The translations under genes and the position numbers were made by a program. From NCBI GenBank assembly GCA_965651845.1, contig CBFGVN010000001.1, positions 7,323 to 71,322 of the forward strand: a DNA stretch of 64,000 nt. The letters are read 5' to 3'. Origin of the DNA: an uncultured Chryseobacterium sp. (lineage in GTDB: Bacteria; Bacteroidota; Bacteroidia; Flavobacteriales; Weeksellaceae). Shown piece after piece: positions 27,004 through 37,121 of the stretch; position 1 is the stretch's first letter, and every line of letters starts with the position of its first letter. The notes beneath the pieces were generated by a model that was not told where the DNA came from, made no database searches, and saw only the letters and a program-made list of their open reading frames with translations.

Positions 27004-28575
27004 TTAAGCTAAATCTTTATTATAAAACGCGCCCTTATTCTCCGTCATTTCCATAGACTGTGTAATGATGAGGTAGGCAACGGTTGTTAAATTCCTTAAT
27101 TCTGATAGCTGCGGTGAAAGAATGGAGTAGTGGTAAATCTCATTTACGGCGGCAGCAATTTCCTGGTGTTTTTGTAAAGCCATGTTCAAACGGCGGTTGC
27201 TTCTTACAATTCCCACAAGATCGCTCATCATTTCCTGAAGCTGTTTTCTTAAATAAGAGACAATTACCATCTCATCCATGATTTTCATTCCTTCTTCGTT
27301 CCATTCGGGAACTGCTTTCAAATCGTCGAAATTAAAATTATTTTCATTTAATAAATCAACGGTTTTCATGGCCGCATTATGTCCGAAAACCAGACCCTCT
27401 AATAAAGAATTTGATGCTAATCTGTTCGCGCCGTGAAGTCCGGAATTGGTACATTCGCCCACTCCGAAAAGGTTTCTGATGGAAGACTGCCCGTCACTGT
27501 CCACTTCAATTCCGCCCATTAGGTAATGACAAGCCGGAACAACAGGAATCAGCTGAGTGAAAGGATCAATCCCTTCATCTTTGCATTTTTTATAGATATT
27601 TGGGAAATGTTCAAGGAATTTATCATGATTCATTTCCCGGCAGTCTAATCCTACATATTCATCACCGGTGATCTTCATTTCTGCATCAATGGCTCTTGCA
27701 ACGATGTCTCTGGAGGCCAGTTCTTCACGTTCATCATATTTATGCATGAATTTTTCGCCCCTTTTTGTTCTTAATTTTGCCCCGTCTCCGCGAACAGCTT
27801 CTGAAATTAAGAATAGCATTCCATCTATTTTGCTGTACAAAGCCGTCGGATGAAACTGGTAATACTGCATATTGGAGACCTTTCCTTTTGCTCTTGCAAC
27901 AAAAGCAATTCCGTCACCTGTTGCAATCGTTGGGTTGGTGGTATTTTTATAAACGTGTCCGGCTCCGCCTGTTGCGACCAACGTTATTTTAGAAGTAATT
28001 TTTTTAATTTTCTTGGATTTTTCATCTAAGATGTATGCTCCGTAGCAATGGATGTCGCCTTCGTTCAGCTCTTTTCCCGGAACATGGTGTTGTGTAATGA
28101 TATCGATTACATAATGATGATCAAGAATTTCAATATTCGGGCTGTTTTTAGCGGTTTCCAATAAAGCTCTTTCTATCTCAAACCCTGTGATATCTTTATG
28201 ATGTACAATTCTGTTTTCGGTATGCCCGCCTTCTCTTCCTAGTGCAAATTCTCCATTTTTCATGTCAAAATTTGCGCCCCATTCTACAATTTCTTTGAAT
28301 CTTTTCGGAGCTTCAGTTACCACCATTTTCACGATATCGCGTTTGTTTTCGCCGTCTCCGGCACGCATGGTGTCTTCGATATGTTTGTCGAAATTATCAT
28401 TTTTAGAATCTGTAACTACGGCAAGACCGCCTTGTGCGTATTTGGTATTGCTTTCGTCTTCATCAGATTTTGTTACGATGATTATTTTGGCATCAGGAAG
28501 CTGCTCAGAAACCTTTATGGCGTAAGAAAGTCCCGAAATGCCGGAACCAATTACTAATACATCCGCTTTTATCAT
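27004..28575 (-). CDS. nadB: L-aspartate oxidase
   Basis: IGSGISG, AQGG, REGGH, QFHPT, SEAVRG, HYLMGG, GLHGANRLASNSLLEG; adjacent to nadC. Confidence 0.95.
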   Translation of the reverse strand: MIKADVLVIGSGISGLSYAIKVSEQLPDAKIIIVTKSDEDESNTKYAQGGLAVVTDSKNDNFDKHIEDTMRAGDGENKRDIVKMVVTEAPKRFKEIVEWGANFDMKNGEFALGREGGHTENRIVHHKDITGFEIERALLETAKNSPNIEILDHHYVIDIITQHHVPGKELNEGDIHCYGAYILDEKSKKIKKITSKITLVATGGAGHVYKNTTNPTIATGDGIAFVARAKGKVSNMQYYQFHPTALYSKIDGMLFLISEAVRGDGAKLRTKRGEKFMHKYDEREELASRDIVARAIDAEMKITGDEYVGLDCREMNHDKFLEHFPNIYKKCKDEGIDPFTQLIPVVPACHYLMGGIEVDSDGQSSIRNLFGVGECTNSGLHGANRLASNSLLEGLVFGHNAAMKTVDLLNENNFNFDDLKAVPEWNEEGMKIMDEMVIVSYLRKQLQEMMSDLVGIVRSNRRLNMALQKHQEIAAAVNEIYHYSILSPQLSELRNLTTVAYLIITQSMEMTENKGAFYNKDLA

Positions 28576-28606
28576 TATACTTACTTTAGGTCAATCGTCT
28601 AAACAA

Positions 28607-29233
28607 TTAAATAAATTTAAACAATTTTTCGTTTGGTTTTCTTACTTTTTTCATATGCTGGAAATAATCTTCCTCCGATCGGTAGCCCAAAGCAAGGGTA
28701 ACGGTTACTTTTTCGGTTTCAGGATTTATGTTTAGAATTTCTTCAATAAGCTCCTGTCGGAAACCTTCCATCGGGCAGGAGTCTATATTTTCTATAGCTG
28801 CAGCGTACATGAGATTTGCCAGAACGATATAGGATTGTTTTTCTGCCCAATTGAAAATTTCATCTTGCGTTTTTTGACTAATATGTTGATTGATGCTGTT
28901 TCTGAAAAGTTCAAGTTTTTCCGGAGGAGTTTCCCTTACCTCGGAAATGTGCCTGAAATATCCGTTGACATAGTTCTCATCAACTGTTTTTTTTGAAATA
29001 ATAACAATGAGATGAGAACAGGTGGAAATCTGTGACGGATTGTAAAAAGCAGGAATTAATTTTTGCTTCATTTCCTCACTTTCCACAACCAGGATTTTAT
29101 AAGGCTGAAGACCCAGAGAGCTTGCAGATAACTTCCCTGATTCAAGAATATTGAAAAGTTTTTCTTGAGGGATGATTTCTTTATTAAATTTTTTCACAGA
29201 ATATCTTCTGCTTAAAGCCTCTAAATAATTCAT
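28607..29233 (-). CDS. Nitroreductase family NAD(P)H-dependent oxidoreductase
   Basis: RRYSVKKF, SASSLGLQP, IDSCPMEGF, ALGYR. Confidence 0.9.
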   Translation of the reverse strand: MNYLEALSRRYSVKKFNKEIIPQEKLFNILESGKLSASSLGLQPYKILVVESEEMKQKLIPAFYNPSQISTCSHLIVIISKKTVDENYVNGYFRHISEVRETPPEKLELFRNSINQHISQKTQDEIFNWAEKQSYIVLANLMYAAAIENIDSCPMEGFRQELIEEILNINPETEKVTVTLALGYRSEEDYFQHMKKVRKPNEKLFKFI

Positions 29234-29303
29234 ATGACAAATTTAAGAATTGAATGTGAATTAAATTAGTTTAAAACGAAATATCTCATTCTAAATTAAG
29301 GCC

Positions 29304-29339
29304 AAAAAAAGACCGCTCCAAAAAATTGAAGCGATCTTT
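29304..29339 (-). terminator. Terminator of T9SS cargo gene A
   Basis: aaagaccgctccaa...ttgaagcgatcttt imperfect stem with an A tract on the plus strand. Confidence 0.6.
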
Positions 29340-29359
29340 ATAATAGAATGATGTTTTTA

Positions 29360-31357
29360 TTAATCTCTATTTTTCACAAGCACCCATCCTGAATATTTGA
29401 TTGGGGTGTTTTTCTTGTCATTTTCATTCCATGAAACAGAATACCAGTAGCTTCCTGTCGGAACTTTTCTTCCGCCTACTGTTCCGTCCCATCTGTATTT
29501 TGTTGATTTGTCTGCGCGGTGAATCTGCGCGCCGTATCTGTCGAATACATTGAAAACAAGATTTTGTTTGCCTGCCAATGCAGAATAATCGATACCGTCG
29601 TTGATTCCGTCTCCGTTTGGAGTAATTACATTAATTAAATTCGGAACTACGATGGTAACGTCGATAGGCTCACAGTCATAAGCATCTTTTACATATATTT
29701 TAGTATCTCCTCTCGCAACATTTTTGAATTCATTAGAATCCTGCCAGTTGATGCCGTCTAATGAATACTGGTAAGGTGCAGTTCCTCCTATTGCGTAAAC
29801 AGTAACTGTAGTGCTGGAAATATCAATGCTTGATATGACAGGTTGTTCTGCAGCGTACACTTTTACTGTTTGTGTCGCCACACATTCTCCTGATTTTAAT
29901 TTTACCCAATATGTCCCTACTCCCACATCATTAATGGTTTGAGTAGTAGCACCTGTGCTCCATTCGTAGCTTGTAAATCCTGGTCCTGCATCCAATGTTG
30001 TTTTGTCTTCAATACAAATAATTTTATCTTCTAAAATTTTTGAGAAAACCGGTGGAATCACCTCCAACGTAACTTTTGCAATATCGTAACAGCCGAAAGA
30101 GTTTGTTACTTTAATATAAACCACCCCGTTCGGAGCAATATAGTTATTTGGATTTGCAATAGGGTTGGTTCCATTCTGAGCATCTGTTAATGATGGGAAA
30201 TAAGTTTTAGTTATACCTGTAGATGTACCTATTACCGGTGCTGTCGTAAGATTGAATAAACCTGTTGAAGGCTTGGTTTCAATAAAACAAGTTCGTAAAG
30301 AAGCGTCTGTGGCGGTAACTGTTGGAGCAACTTTTAATGTGATCGTTGCATCATTATTGTCACATAATACCGATGATGGATCTTTAATCACTACAGAAAT
30401 ATTGGTATCAGAATTATACTGGAAATTTGTAGGATTCGCAATCGGAGTTCCACTTCCTGTAATATAATAAGTGAAATTATAATTGCTCGGAGTTGCCGTA
30501 AGCTGAGAGTTGAATGTCGTTAAATCAACCGTTGACATACCCGCCAAATCCGGACAGATCGATTTTGTAATCGCACTTTCCAGCAAAGGAATTTTATCAA
30601 CAAAAACTTTTACGTTTTTAATTGAATGTCTTGATCTTGCCCCACCTGTAGAAGCTGAAAATCCGAAATATCCTACCGTCATTGCAGCTGCAGCACCGGA
30701 AGGAGCAAAAGACTGATTACAGATTACTGTACCATTAACTGTAATTTTTACAATCCAGTTTGCAGGAGCAGCAGGATCTACTTCTGCGGTCACTTCAACG
30801 TGCTTATAAGCCGATCCCTGGAACGGTAACGTTGAATTAAGATCCGGAGAGTGGAAAGAACTTCCAGGAATATTGAAGAATTCCACATTGTTGGTGTCGG
30901 TTGTGTTTTGCACCTGTCCGTAAGCAACGTGTACTTTACTCATACCGGTGCTTCCTGTAGCATTGTTGTAGGTATCAAAGCCTACGATGAAACCGATTGC
31001 ATTTTGTGAAACTCCGATACCGGAACCTAATACGCTGGCAACCGGTGGGTTAGCTAAATACCAGAATGCGATGCCATCTCCGTTATAGGTCTGGCTGGAA
31101 TCCATTCTGAAGTCAAATTCTATCCTCCATTTGTCACAATACTTTAGGTTGATTGGCTCATTGAGTCGGATAGATCCGGAATTATCATTCACGTCCGGGG
31201 TAAGCTGCACGAAATCTCCACTTACCACAGTAGGTCCTACCATCGTCCATCCTGTAGTGTTTACTGGATTTCCGGAGAGCTGATAAGTTTGAGAGAGAAG
31301 CTGCTTAGGCAGACAGAATAATAAAATGAAAAATAAAAGGGGTAGTTTTTTTTCCAT
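29360..31357 (-). CDS. T9SS type-B CTD surface protein A with N-terminal L-type (legume-lectin-like) domain
   Basis: Signal peptide; GDGIAFWY...VGFDTY...YFGFSASTGG lectin motifs; C-terminal PNLINVITPNGDGIND...FDRYG...WDG...YWY. Confidence 0.88.
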   Translation of the reverse strand: MEKKLPLLFFILLFCLPKQLLSQTYQLSGNPVNTTGWTMVGPTVVSGDFVQLTPDVNDNSGSIRLNEPINLKYCDKWRIEFDFRMDSSQTYNGDGIAFWYLANPPVASVLGSGIGVSQNAIGFIVGFDTYNNATGSTGMSKVHVAYGQVQNTTDTNNVEFFNIPGSSFHSPDLNSTLPFQGSAYKHVEVTAEVDPAAPANWIVKITVNGTVICNQSFAPSGAAAAMTVGYFGFSASTGGARSRHSIKNVKVFVDKIPLLESAITKSICPDLAGMSTVDLTTFNSQLTATPSNYNFTYYITGSGTPIANPTNFQYNSDTNISVVIKDPSSVLCDNNDATITLKVAPTVTATDASLRTCFIETKPSTGLFNLTTAPVIGTSTGITKTYFPSLTDAQNGTNPIANPNNYIAPNGVVYIKVTNSFGCYDIAKVTLEVIPPVFSKILEDKIICIEDKTTLDAGPGFTSYEWSTGATTQTINDVGVGTYWVKLKSGECVATQTVKVYAAEQPVISSIDISSTTVTVYAIGGTAPYQYSLDGINWQDSNEFKNVARGDTKIYVKDAYDCEPIDVTIVVPNLINVITPNGDGINDGIDYSALAGKQNLVFNVFDRYGAQIHRADKSTKYRWDGTVGGRKVPTGSYWYSVSWNENDKKNTPIKYSGWVLVKNRD

Positions 31358-31536
31358 ATACGAGAGTTTATTAGTTTTAGACTTTGTAAATATAATTAAT
31401 TTTCATTGATTAATGATGAGTTGTTTTATAGTTTTGTGTATAGATTTATTAAATTTGTTTAATGAATAGAATAAATATCAGAAAATTTTACTTTTTTGAA
31501 GTTTATGATTCAGATCATAAATCCTTTAGTTGTCGT

Positions 31537-31574
31537 AAAAAGAACACTCCGAATATTTTTTGAGTGTTCTTTTT
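31537..31574 (-). terminator. Terminator of T9SS cargo gene B
   Basis: aaaaagaacactc...gagtgttcttttt. Confidence 0.7.
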
Positions 31575-31597
31575 CTATATAGGATAGGAATTGATTT

Positions 31598-33856
31598 TTA
31601 GTCTCGGTTTTTAACTAGAATCCATCCTGAATATTTAATTGGCGTATTCTTCTTATTATTTTCATTCCATGAAACAGAATACCAATAGTTTCCTGTAGGA
31701 ACTTTTCTTCCGGCTACGGTTCCGTCCCATCTATATTTGTTGGACTTATCGGCCTGATGTATTTTTGCGCCGTATCTGTCAAATACATTAAATACAAGAT
31801 TTTGTTTCCCTGCCAATGCAGAATAATCAATCACGTCGTTAATTCCGTCTCCGTTTGGAGTAATTACATTAATTAAATTCGGAACTACAATTGTAATATC
31901 AATCGGATCACAGTCATAAGCATCTTTCACATAAATTTTAGCATCTCCCCTCGGAACATTTTTAAATTCATTAGAAACCTGCCAGTTAATACCATCCATC
32001 GAATATTGATATGGTGCCGTTCCTCCCGTTACATATACCGTAACTGTCGTATTTGAAATATCAACACTCGTTATTACAGGTTGTTCAGAAGGATAAACCT
32101 TTACCGTTTGTGTAGCGACACATTCTCCTGTTTTTAATTTTACCCAATATGTTCCAACCGTTACATTATTAATAGCCTGAGTGGTTGCTCCGGTGCTCCA
32201 TTCATAACTTGTAAATCCTGGTCCTGCATCCAGAGTTGTTTTATCTTCGATACAAATGATCTTGTCTTGTAAAACACTTGAAAATACTTGTGCAATTACA
32301 ATTAAATTAACTTTTGCGATGGCATAACAACCATTGGCATTAGTCACTTTAATATAAACGACTCCATTAGGAGAAATGTAGGCAGTAGGATTCAATATTT
32401 CATTGGTTCCGTTTGCTGCATCAGTTACCGATGGATAATATTTTTTAGTCGCAGATTGTGTAGTTACCGCTGCTAAAGTAAGGTTGAATAATGCCATTGA
32501 CGGGTTACTTTCAATAGAACATGACCTTAAAGTTGCTCCCTGTACCGTAACTTCCGGGTATAAAGCAAGGGTTACTTCAGCTACATCCACACATCCTTGC
32601 GGTGTAGTTACTTTACAATAAAGCGTTGCTGCAGGTGAAAGATATGCTGTTGGGTTTGTTATCTGGTTAATATTATTATTCAGGTCGTACATCGTATTGT
32701 AGAACTGTTTGGTAACTCCCGGAACTGTCGATACGGCAGCTGTGGTGAGATCAAATATTGCACCTCCCGCATTATTGTTGTTACATCCGGTTAGCGTTGC
32801 ATCAGAGGCTGCAAAAGGAGTTGGGTTTAATACAATTTGTCCGTCTCCATTGTCACATAACGTAGATGAAGGATCCTTTACAACTACCGTAATATTCACA
32901 GGACCAGAATATTGATAACTTGAAGGATTGGTAATAGGTGTTCCGCCGGGACCAAAATAAGTAAAGATATAATTGGCCGGATTTGTTACAAATTGATTTT
33001 GAAAAGAGGTTAAATCCACAGTGCCGTTTCCTGTTGCCGGATTTACACAGACAAAAGGTGTAACTGTATTCGTTAAAATCGGAACTTTATCAATATAAAT
33101 TTTAGCATTTTTAATAGAATGTCTTGCACTGGCTCCACCTGTTGCCGCAGAGAATCCAAAATATCCGGTCGTCATCCCGATTGCTCCGCCTGAAGGTGCA
33201 AAAGACTGATCCACGATCAGAACGCCATCAAGTCGGATTTTGATGATCCAGTTGGTCGGGTTTGTAAGATCGGTTTCTCCGTTTACTTCAACGTGCTTGT
33301 AAGTAGAACCTACAAATGGCTGCGTAGGATTCAGATCCGGTGAGTGGAATGTGCTTCCCGGTGTATTGTTATATTCAATATTATTGTTTCCGACAGGTAA
33401 ATTGTTGGTTCCGTACAAAAGGTGAATTTTACTCATTTGTCCCTCTGTGGTATTGTTGAAAATATCAAAACCAACCATCAATCCATTGGCATTTGCAGGA
33501 ATTCCTAATCCTCCTCCGGCAACAAATGCTGATGGTGGATTAGCGAGATACCAAAAGGTAAAGCCATCGCCTCTTCCATATTGTGTCGTACCGTTTCCAT
33601 CAATTCGGAAATCGAATTCCACTTTCCATTTGTCACAATATTTAAGGTTGATAGGGGTTGAAAGCTTTATAGCGCCATATTGATTTCCCATATCCTGGGT
33701 AAGCCGTATAAAATCTCCGCTTACTGCTGCGCTTGACACAAGATCCCATCCGGTTGTGTTTACCGGATTTCCTGCAAGCTGATAAGTCTGGGAGTATAAT
33801 CTTCCTGATACAGAGACGAAAATAATAAAAAGATAATAGAGTAAATTTTTTTTCAT
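31598..33856 (-). CDS. T9SS type-B CTD surface protein B with L-type lectin-like domain
   Basis: Start MKKNLLYY; GDGFTFWY, YFGFSAATGG; two stalk repeats; TPNGDGIND CTD. Confidence 0.88.
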   Translation of the reverse strand: MKKNLLYYLFIIFVSVSGRLYSQTYQLAGNPVNTTGWDLVSSAAVSGDFIRLTQDMGNQYGAIKLSTPINLKYCDKWKVEFDFRIDGNGTTQYGRGDGFTFWYLANPPSAFVAGGGLGIPANANGLMVGFDIFNNTTEGQMSKIHLLYGTNNLPVGNNNIEYNNTPGSTFHSPDLNPTQPFVGSTYKHVEVNGETDLTNPTNWIIKIRLDGVLIVDQSFAPSGGAIGMTTGYFGFSAATGGASARHSIKNAKIYIDKVPILTNTVTPFVCVNPATGNGTVDLTSFQNQFVTNPANYIFTYFGPGGTPITNPSSYQYSGPVNITVVVKDPSSTLCDNGDGQIVLNPTPFAASDATLTGCNNNNAGGAIFDLTTAAVSTVPGVTKQFYNTMYDLNNNINQITNPTAYLSPAATLYCKVTTPQGCVDVAEVTLALYPEVTVQGATLRSCSIESNPSMALFNLTLAAVTTQSATKKYYPSVTDAANGTNEILNPTAYISPNGVVYIKVTNANGCYAIAKVNLIVIAQVFSSVLQDKIICIEDKTTLDAGPGFTSYEWSTGATTQAINNVTVGTYWVKLKTGECVATQTVKVYPSEQPVITSVDISNTTVTVYVTGGTAPYQYSMDGINWQVSNEFKNVPRGDAKIYVKDAYDCDPIDITIVVPNLINVITPNGDGINDVIDYSALAGKQNLVFNVFDRYGAKIHQADKSNKYRWDGTVAGRKVPTGNYWYSVSWNENNKKNTPIKYSGWILVKNRD

Positions 33857-34030
33857 CTGAAACAAATTGGTTGATTTAGTTAGTTTGTAAAGATATTGAA
33901 TTTTGTGCGTTTTCTGATTATTATTTGTTAAATATGGCATTGATTTTATTAATTAAATAATAAAAATTAAAAAATGTAATTAAAGTAATAATTTTAATTT
34001 AAAAAATACCTATTAAAATATCAATTGAAT

Positions 34031-34064
34031 AAAAAAAGATCACTTCATAATTGAAGTGATCTTT
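34031..34064 (-). terminator. Terminator of T9SS cargo gene C
   Basis: aaagatcacttca-taat-tgaagtgatcttt. Confidence 0.8.
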
Positions 34065-34073
34065 GGGGTGAAA

Positions 34074-36326
34074 TTATTCCCTATTTTTTACCAATACCCA
34101 GCCGTTGTAGGTTGTTTGTGTATTGTTTTTGTTATTTTCATTCCATGTGATGGTGTACCAGTAAGTTCCGGTCACTACTTTTTTACCTCCGGCAGTTCCG
34201 TCCCATTTATAGTTTCGCAGTTTGTTTGCTTCATATAATTTGTTTCCATATCTGTCATAAATGGTGAAAACCAGATTTTTCTTGTAGGCTAAAGCTGAAT
34301 AATCAATTACGTCATTTAAATTGTCTCCGTTTGGCGTAATCGCATTGATCAGATTTGGTACAGTGATTTGTACGTGAATTGGCTCACAATTGTAAGAGTC
34401 TCTTACATATACTACCACTTCTCCTCTCTGAAGACCTGTGAATACATTAGAATCCTGCCAGTTGATACCGTCCAAAGAATATTGGTAAGGAGCTTTTCCT
34501 CCAGCTACATTTACAGTAATTGTATTATTGGTAATATCGATACTTGAAATTACCGGCTGTGGTGCAGGGTTTACCTTTACAATTTGCTTGGTCGTACATT
34601 TTCCTGTTTTCAGCAACACCCAATAAAGTCCCACAGAAACTCCCTGGATAGATTGGGTGGTATCTCCCGTACTCCACAAATAGCTGTCGAATCCTGGTCC
34701 TGCATCAAGAGTGGTTCTGGAATCTATACAAATTGTTTTATCTTTTAATATAGTAGAATAAACTGGTTCTAAAACTTTCAGATTAATTTTAGCAATCATA
34801 AAACATCCTGCAACATTTGTGATTCTTACATAAACCACCCCGGTTGTTGTAATGTAATTTGTTGGTGTTCCAATAGGGTTGGTTCCTGCCAAAGCGTCCG
34901 CTAAAGTTTTATAATATATTTTAGTAATTGATTGTGCAGATGTTACATTAGCTTGTGTTAAATCAAATGAAGCCGTATTAGGTGCACTTTCAATAAAGCA
35001 AGATTCTAAAGAAGCATCCGTTGTAGGAATTTGCGGGAAATATGCTAAAGTAATTGGTGCAGACCCCGTACATCCAAGAGGAGTTGTTACTTTTACATAC
35101 ACTGTTCCTGCAGGAGACAGATAATTCATCGGATTGGCAATTGGGTTGGTTCCCGCATTTAGATCCGCCATTGTTTTATAATATATCTTAGTCGAACCAG
35201 GCGGTTCATTTACATTGGCAAGTGTTAAATTATACGTTGCCGATCCTATATTATTGTTGTTACACGCTGTAAGAGTTGCCGGAGTTGCCGTAAATGGTGA
35301 AAGGTTTAATTGGATCTTCCCGTCCGGATTGTCACAAAGAACTCCTGAATTATCTTTAATTAATACAGAAACTGTCGTATTTGTACTGAACTGATAGTTC
35401 GCCGGATTCGTAATCGGAGTTCCGGAAACACTATAAGAAAACGTATAATTACTAGGATTCGTTACAAACTGATTCTGGTAGGAAGTTAAGTTTACTGTTC
35501 CCTGACCCGTTGCCGGATTAGGACAGAAAGTATCCGTTACAGTCGGTGTGTTGATCGCTACTTTATCTACATAAACTTTTACGTTTTTAATAGAATGTCT
35601 CGACCTGTTCCCTCCTGTAGAAGCAGAAAATCCGAAATATCCCACCGTCATTGAAGCAGCAGCTCCTGATGGTGCAAAAGATTGATTACATATTACATTG
35701 CCGTCAATCATAATTTTTATAATCCAGTTGGCCGGAGCGGCAGGATCTACCTGAGATGTTACTTCAACGTGTTTGAAGGTGGCTCCCTGAAAAGGCAGCG
35801 TTGTATTCATATCCGGAGAGTGGAAGGAGCTCCCGGCAACATTGAAAAACTCTACATTGTTATTATCCGTAGTATTTTGAATTAATCCGTAGCCAACATG
35901 TACCTTGCTCATTACAGCTGTTGTAGTATTGTTATATGTATCAAACCCTACAACTAAACCGATTGCATTTTGAGATACTCCAAGTCCGGAACCTAGTACA
36001 CTGGCTACCGGCGGATTTTGAAGATACCAGAATGCAATACCATCTCCGTTAGCGGTTTGGTTGGAATCCATTCTGAAGTCGAACTCCACTTTCCACTTAT
36101 CACAGTATTTTAAGTTGATGGGATCATTCAGTCTGATAGATCCCGATTGATTATTGGTATCAGGAGTAAGCTGTATAAAATCGGTATTAACTACCGTGGG
36201 AGAAACCATTGTCCATCCAGTTGTATTTACCGGATTTCCAGAGAGTTGATATGTTTGAGAGCTGAAATGCTGTGGAAGGCACAACAATAGGATTAATAAA
36301 AAAAGGAAGTAGTTGTTTCTATTCAT
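34074..36326 (-). CDS. T9SS type-B CTD surface protein C with L-type lectin-like domain
   Basis: Lectin head close to that of gene A; CTD TPNGDNLND...YDRYGN...WDG...YWY. Confidence 0.88.
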   Translation of the reverse strand: MNRNNYFLFLLILLLCLPQHFSSQTYQLSGNPVNTTGWTMVSPTVVNTDFIQLTPDTNNQSGSIRLNDPINLKYCDKWKVEFDFRMDSNQTANGDGIAFWYLQNPPVASVLGSGLGVSQNAIGLVVGFDTYNNTTTAVMSKVHVGYGLIQNTTDNNNVEFFNVAGSSFHSPDMNTTLPFQGATFKHVEVTSQVDPAAPANWIIKIMIDGNVICNQSFAPSGAAASMTVGYFGFSASTGGNRSRHSIKNVKVYVDKVAINTPTVTDTFCPNPATGQGTVNLTSYQNQFVTNPSNYTFSYSVSGTPITNPANYQFSTNTTVSVLIKDNSGVLCDNPDGKIQLNLSPFTATPATLTACNNNNIGSATYNLTLANVNEPPGSTKIYYKTMADLNAGTNPIANPMNYLSPAGTVYVKVTTPLGCTGSAPITLAYFPQIPTTDASLESCFIESAPNTASFDLTQANVTSAQSITKIYYKTLADALAGTNPIGTPTNYITTTGVVYVRITNVAGCFMIAKINLKVLEPVYSTILKDKTICIDSRTTLDAGPGFDSYLWSTGDTTQSIQGVSVGLYWVLLKTGKCTTKQIVKVNPAPQPVISSIDITNNTITVNVAGGKAPYQYSLDGINWQDSNVFTGLQRGEVVVYVRDSYNCEPIHVQITVPNLINAITPNGDNLNDVIDYSALAYKKNLVFTIYDRYGNKLYEANKLRNYKWDGTAGGKKVVTGTYWYTITWNENNKNNTQTTYNGWVLVKNRE

Positions 36327-36489
36327 TTATCGGTACACTTAAAATTAGACGCGTAAAGATATTAATTCCTAATCAATTAATATGTATTTAATATTAATTT
36401 TACCACAAATGATGGTTATTTTATAAGAAATGATAAGTTAAGTATTGAAATGATGAAAAGTTTTAATCTAAATTTAGTTTTGTTATAAA

Positions 36490-36966
36490 TTAAAATAACG
36501 AATTATTTTCAAGATTTTCAAAATACGTGTCGATTTCAAGATTGGGAGAGCTGGCAGCGGCAACAGCAAGTTTATCACACAATTCGTTTTCAAAATGTCC
36601 CGCATGTCCCTTTACCCAGTGCATTTTAGGTTTGTGAATATTATATAAAGCTGCAAATCTCTGCCACAGATCGGGATTTTTTACATTTTTCCAGCCTCTT
36701 TTGATCCACCCCGAAAGCCAATCCTGGTTGATGGCATCTGCAACATATTTGCTGTCCGTATAAATATGAATGTCGTTATCAGGAGATTTCAGTTTTTCCA
36801 AAGCCGTAATTACCGCCAGAAGTTCCATTCGGTTATTGGTGGTTTTTCGGAAGCCTTTGGAAAATGTTTTCTGGTATTTTTTTTCAGGAACACGCATGAG
36901 AATTCCATATCCGCCTTTTCCGGGATTTCCACTGCAAGCTCCGTCGGTGTATATTTCTATTCTCAA
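36490..36966 (-). CDS. rnhA: Ribonuclease HI
   Basis: YTDGACSGNPG, TTNNRMEL, TDSKY, WVKGHAGH, NELCDKLA; TTG start. Confidence 0.96.
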   Translation of the reverse strand: MRIEIYTDGACSGNPGKGGYGILMRVPEKKYQKTFSKGFRKTTNNRMELLAVITALEKLKSPDNDIHIYTDSKYVADAINQDWLSGWIKRGWKNVKNPDLWQRFAALYNIHKPKMHWVKGHAGHFENELCDKLAVAAASSPNLEIDTYFENLENNSLF

Positions 36967-37029
36967 ATTTTATTTAATTGAAATTGCTTAAACTTAAAGT
37001 TATAAAGATTTATTGATTTTAATATTAGA

Positions 37030-37095
37030 GATGTCATCCTGAACTTGTCGAAGGCTCTTATATAATCAAGGCTCCGAGAGCCTCAGCCTGACACC
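37030..37095. repeat. Palindromic repeat of the TGTCATCCTGA family between dnaB and rnhA
   Basis: gatgtcatcctgaacttgtcgaagg...ggctccgagagcctcagcctgacacc shares arms with the 97-bp element. Confidence 0.7.
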
Positions 37096-37121
37096 GTGGG
37101 AATATTTTTTAAAATTAATAA

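Noticed and set aside
26128-28575. Missing nadA as an incomplete NAD pathway
   Set aside because: nadA can be encoded elsewhere; its absence from a 64-kb window is uninformative.
29360-32300. Diversity-generating retroelement TR/VR pair in the similar 3' ends of genes A and B
   Set aside because: No reverse transcriptase in the window. Both copies are coding, and differences look mostly synonymous and not restricted to adenines.
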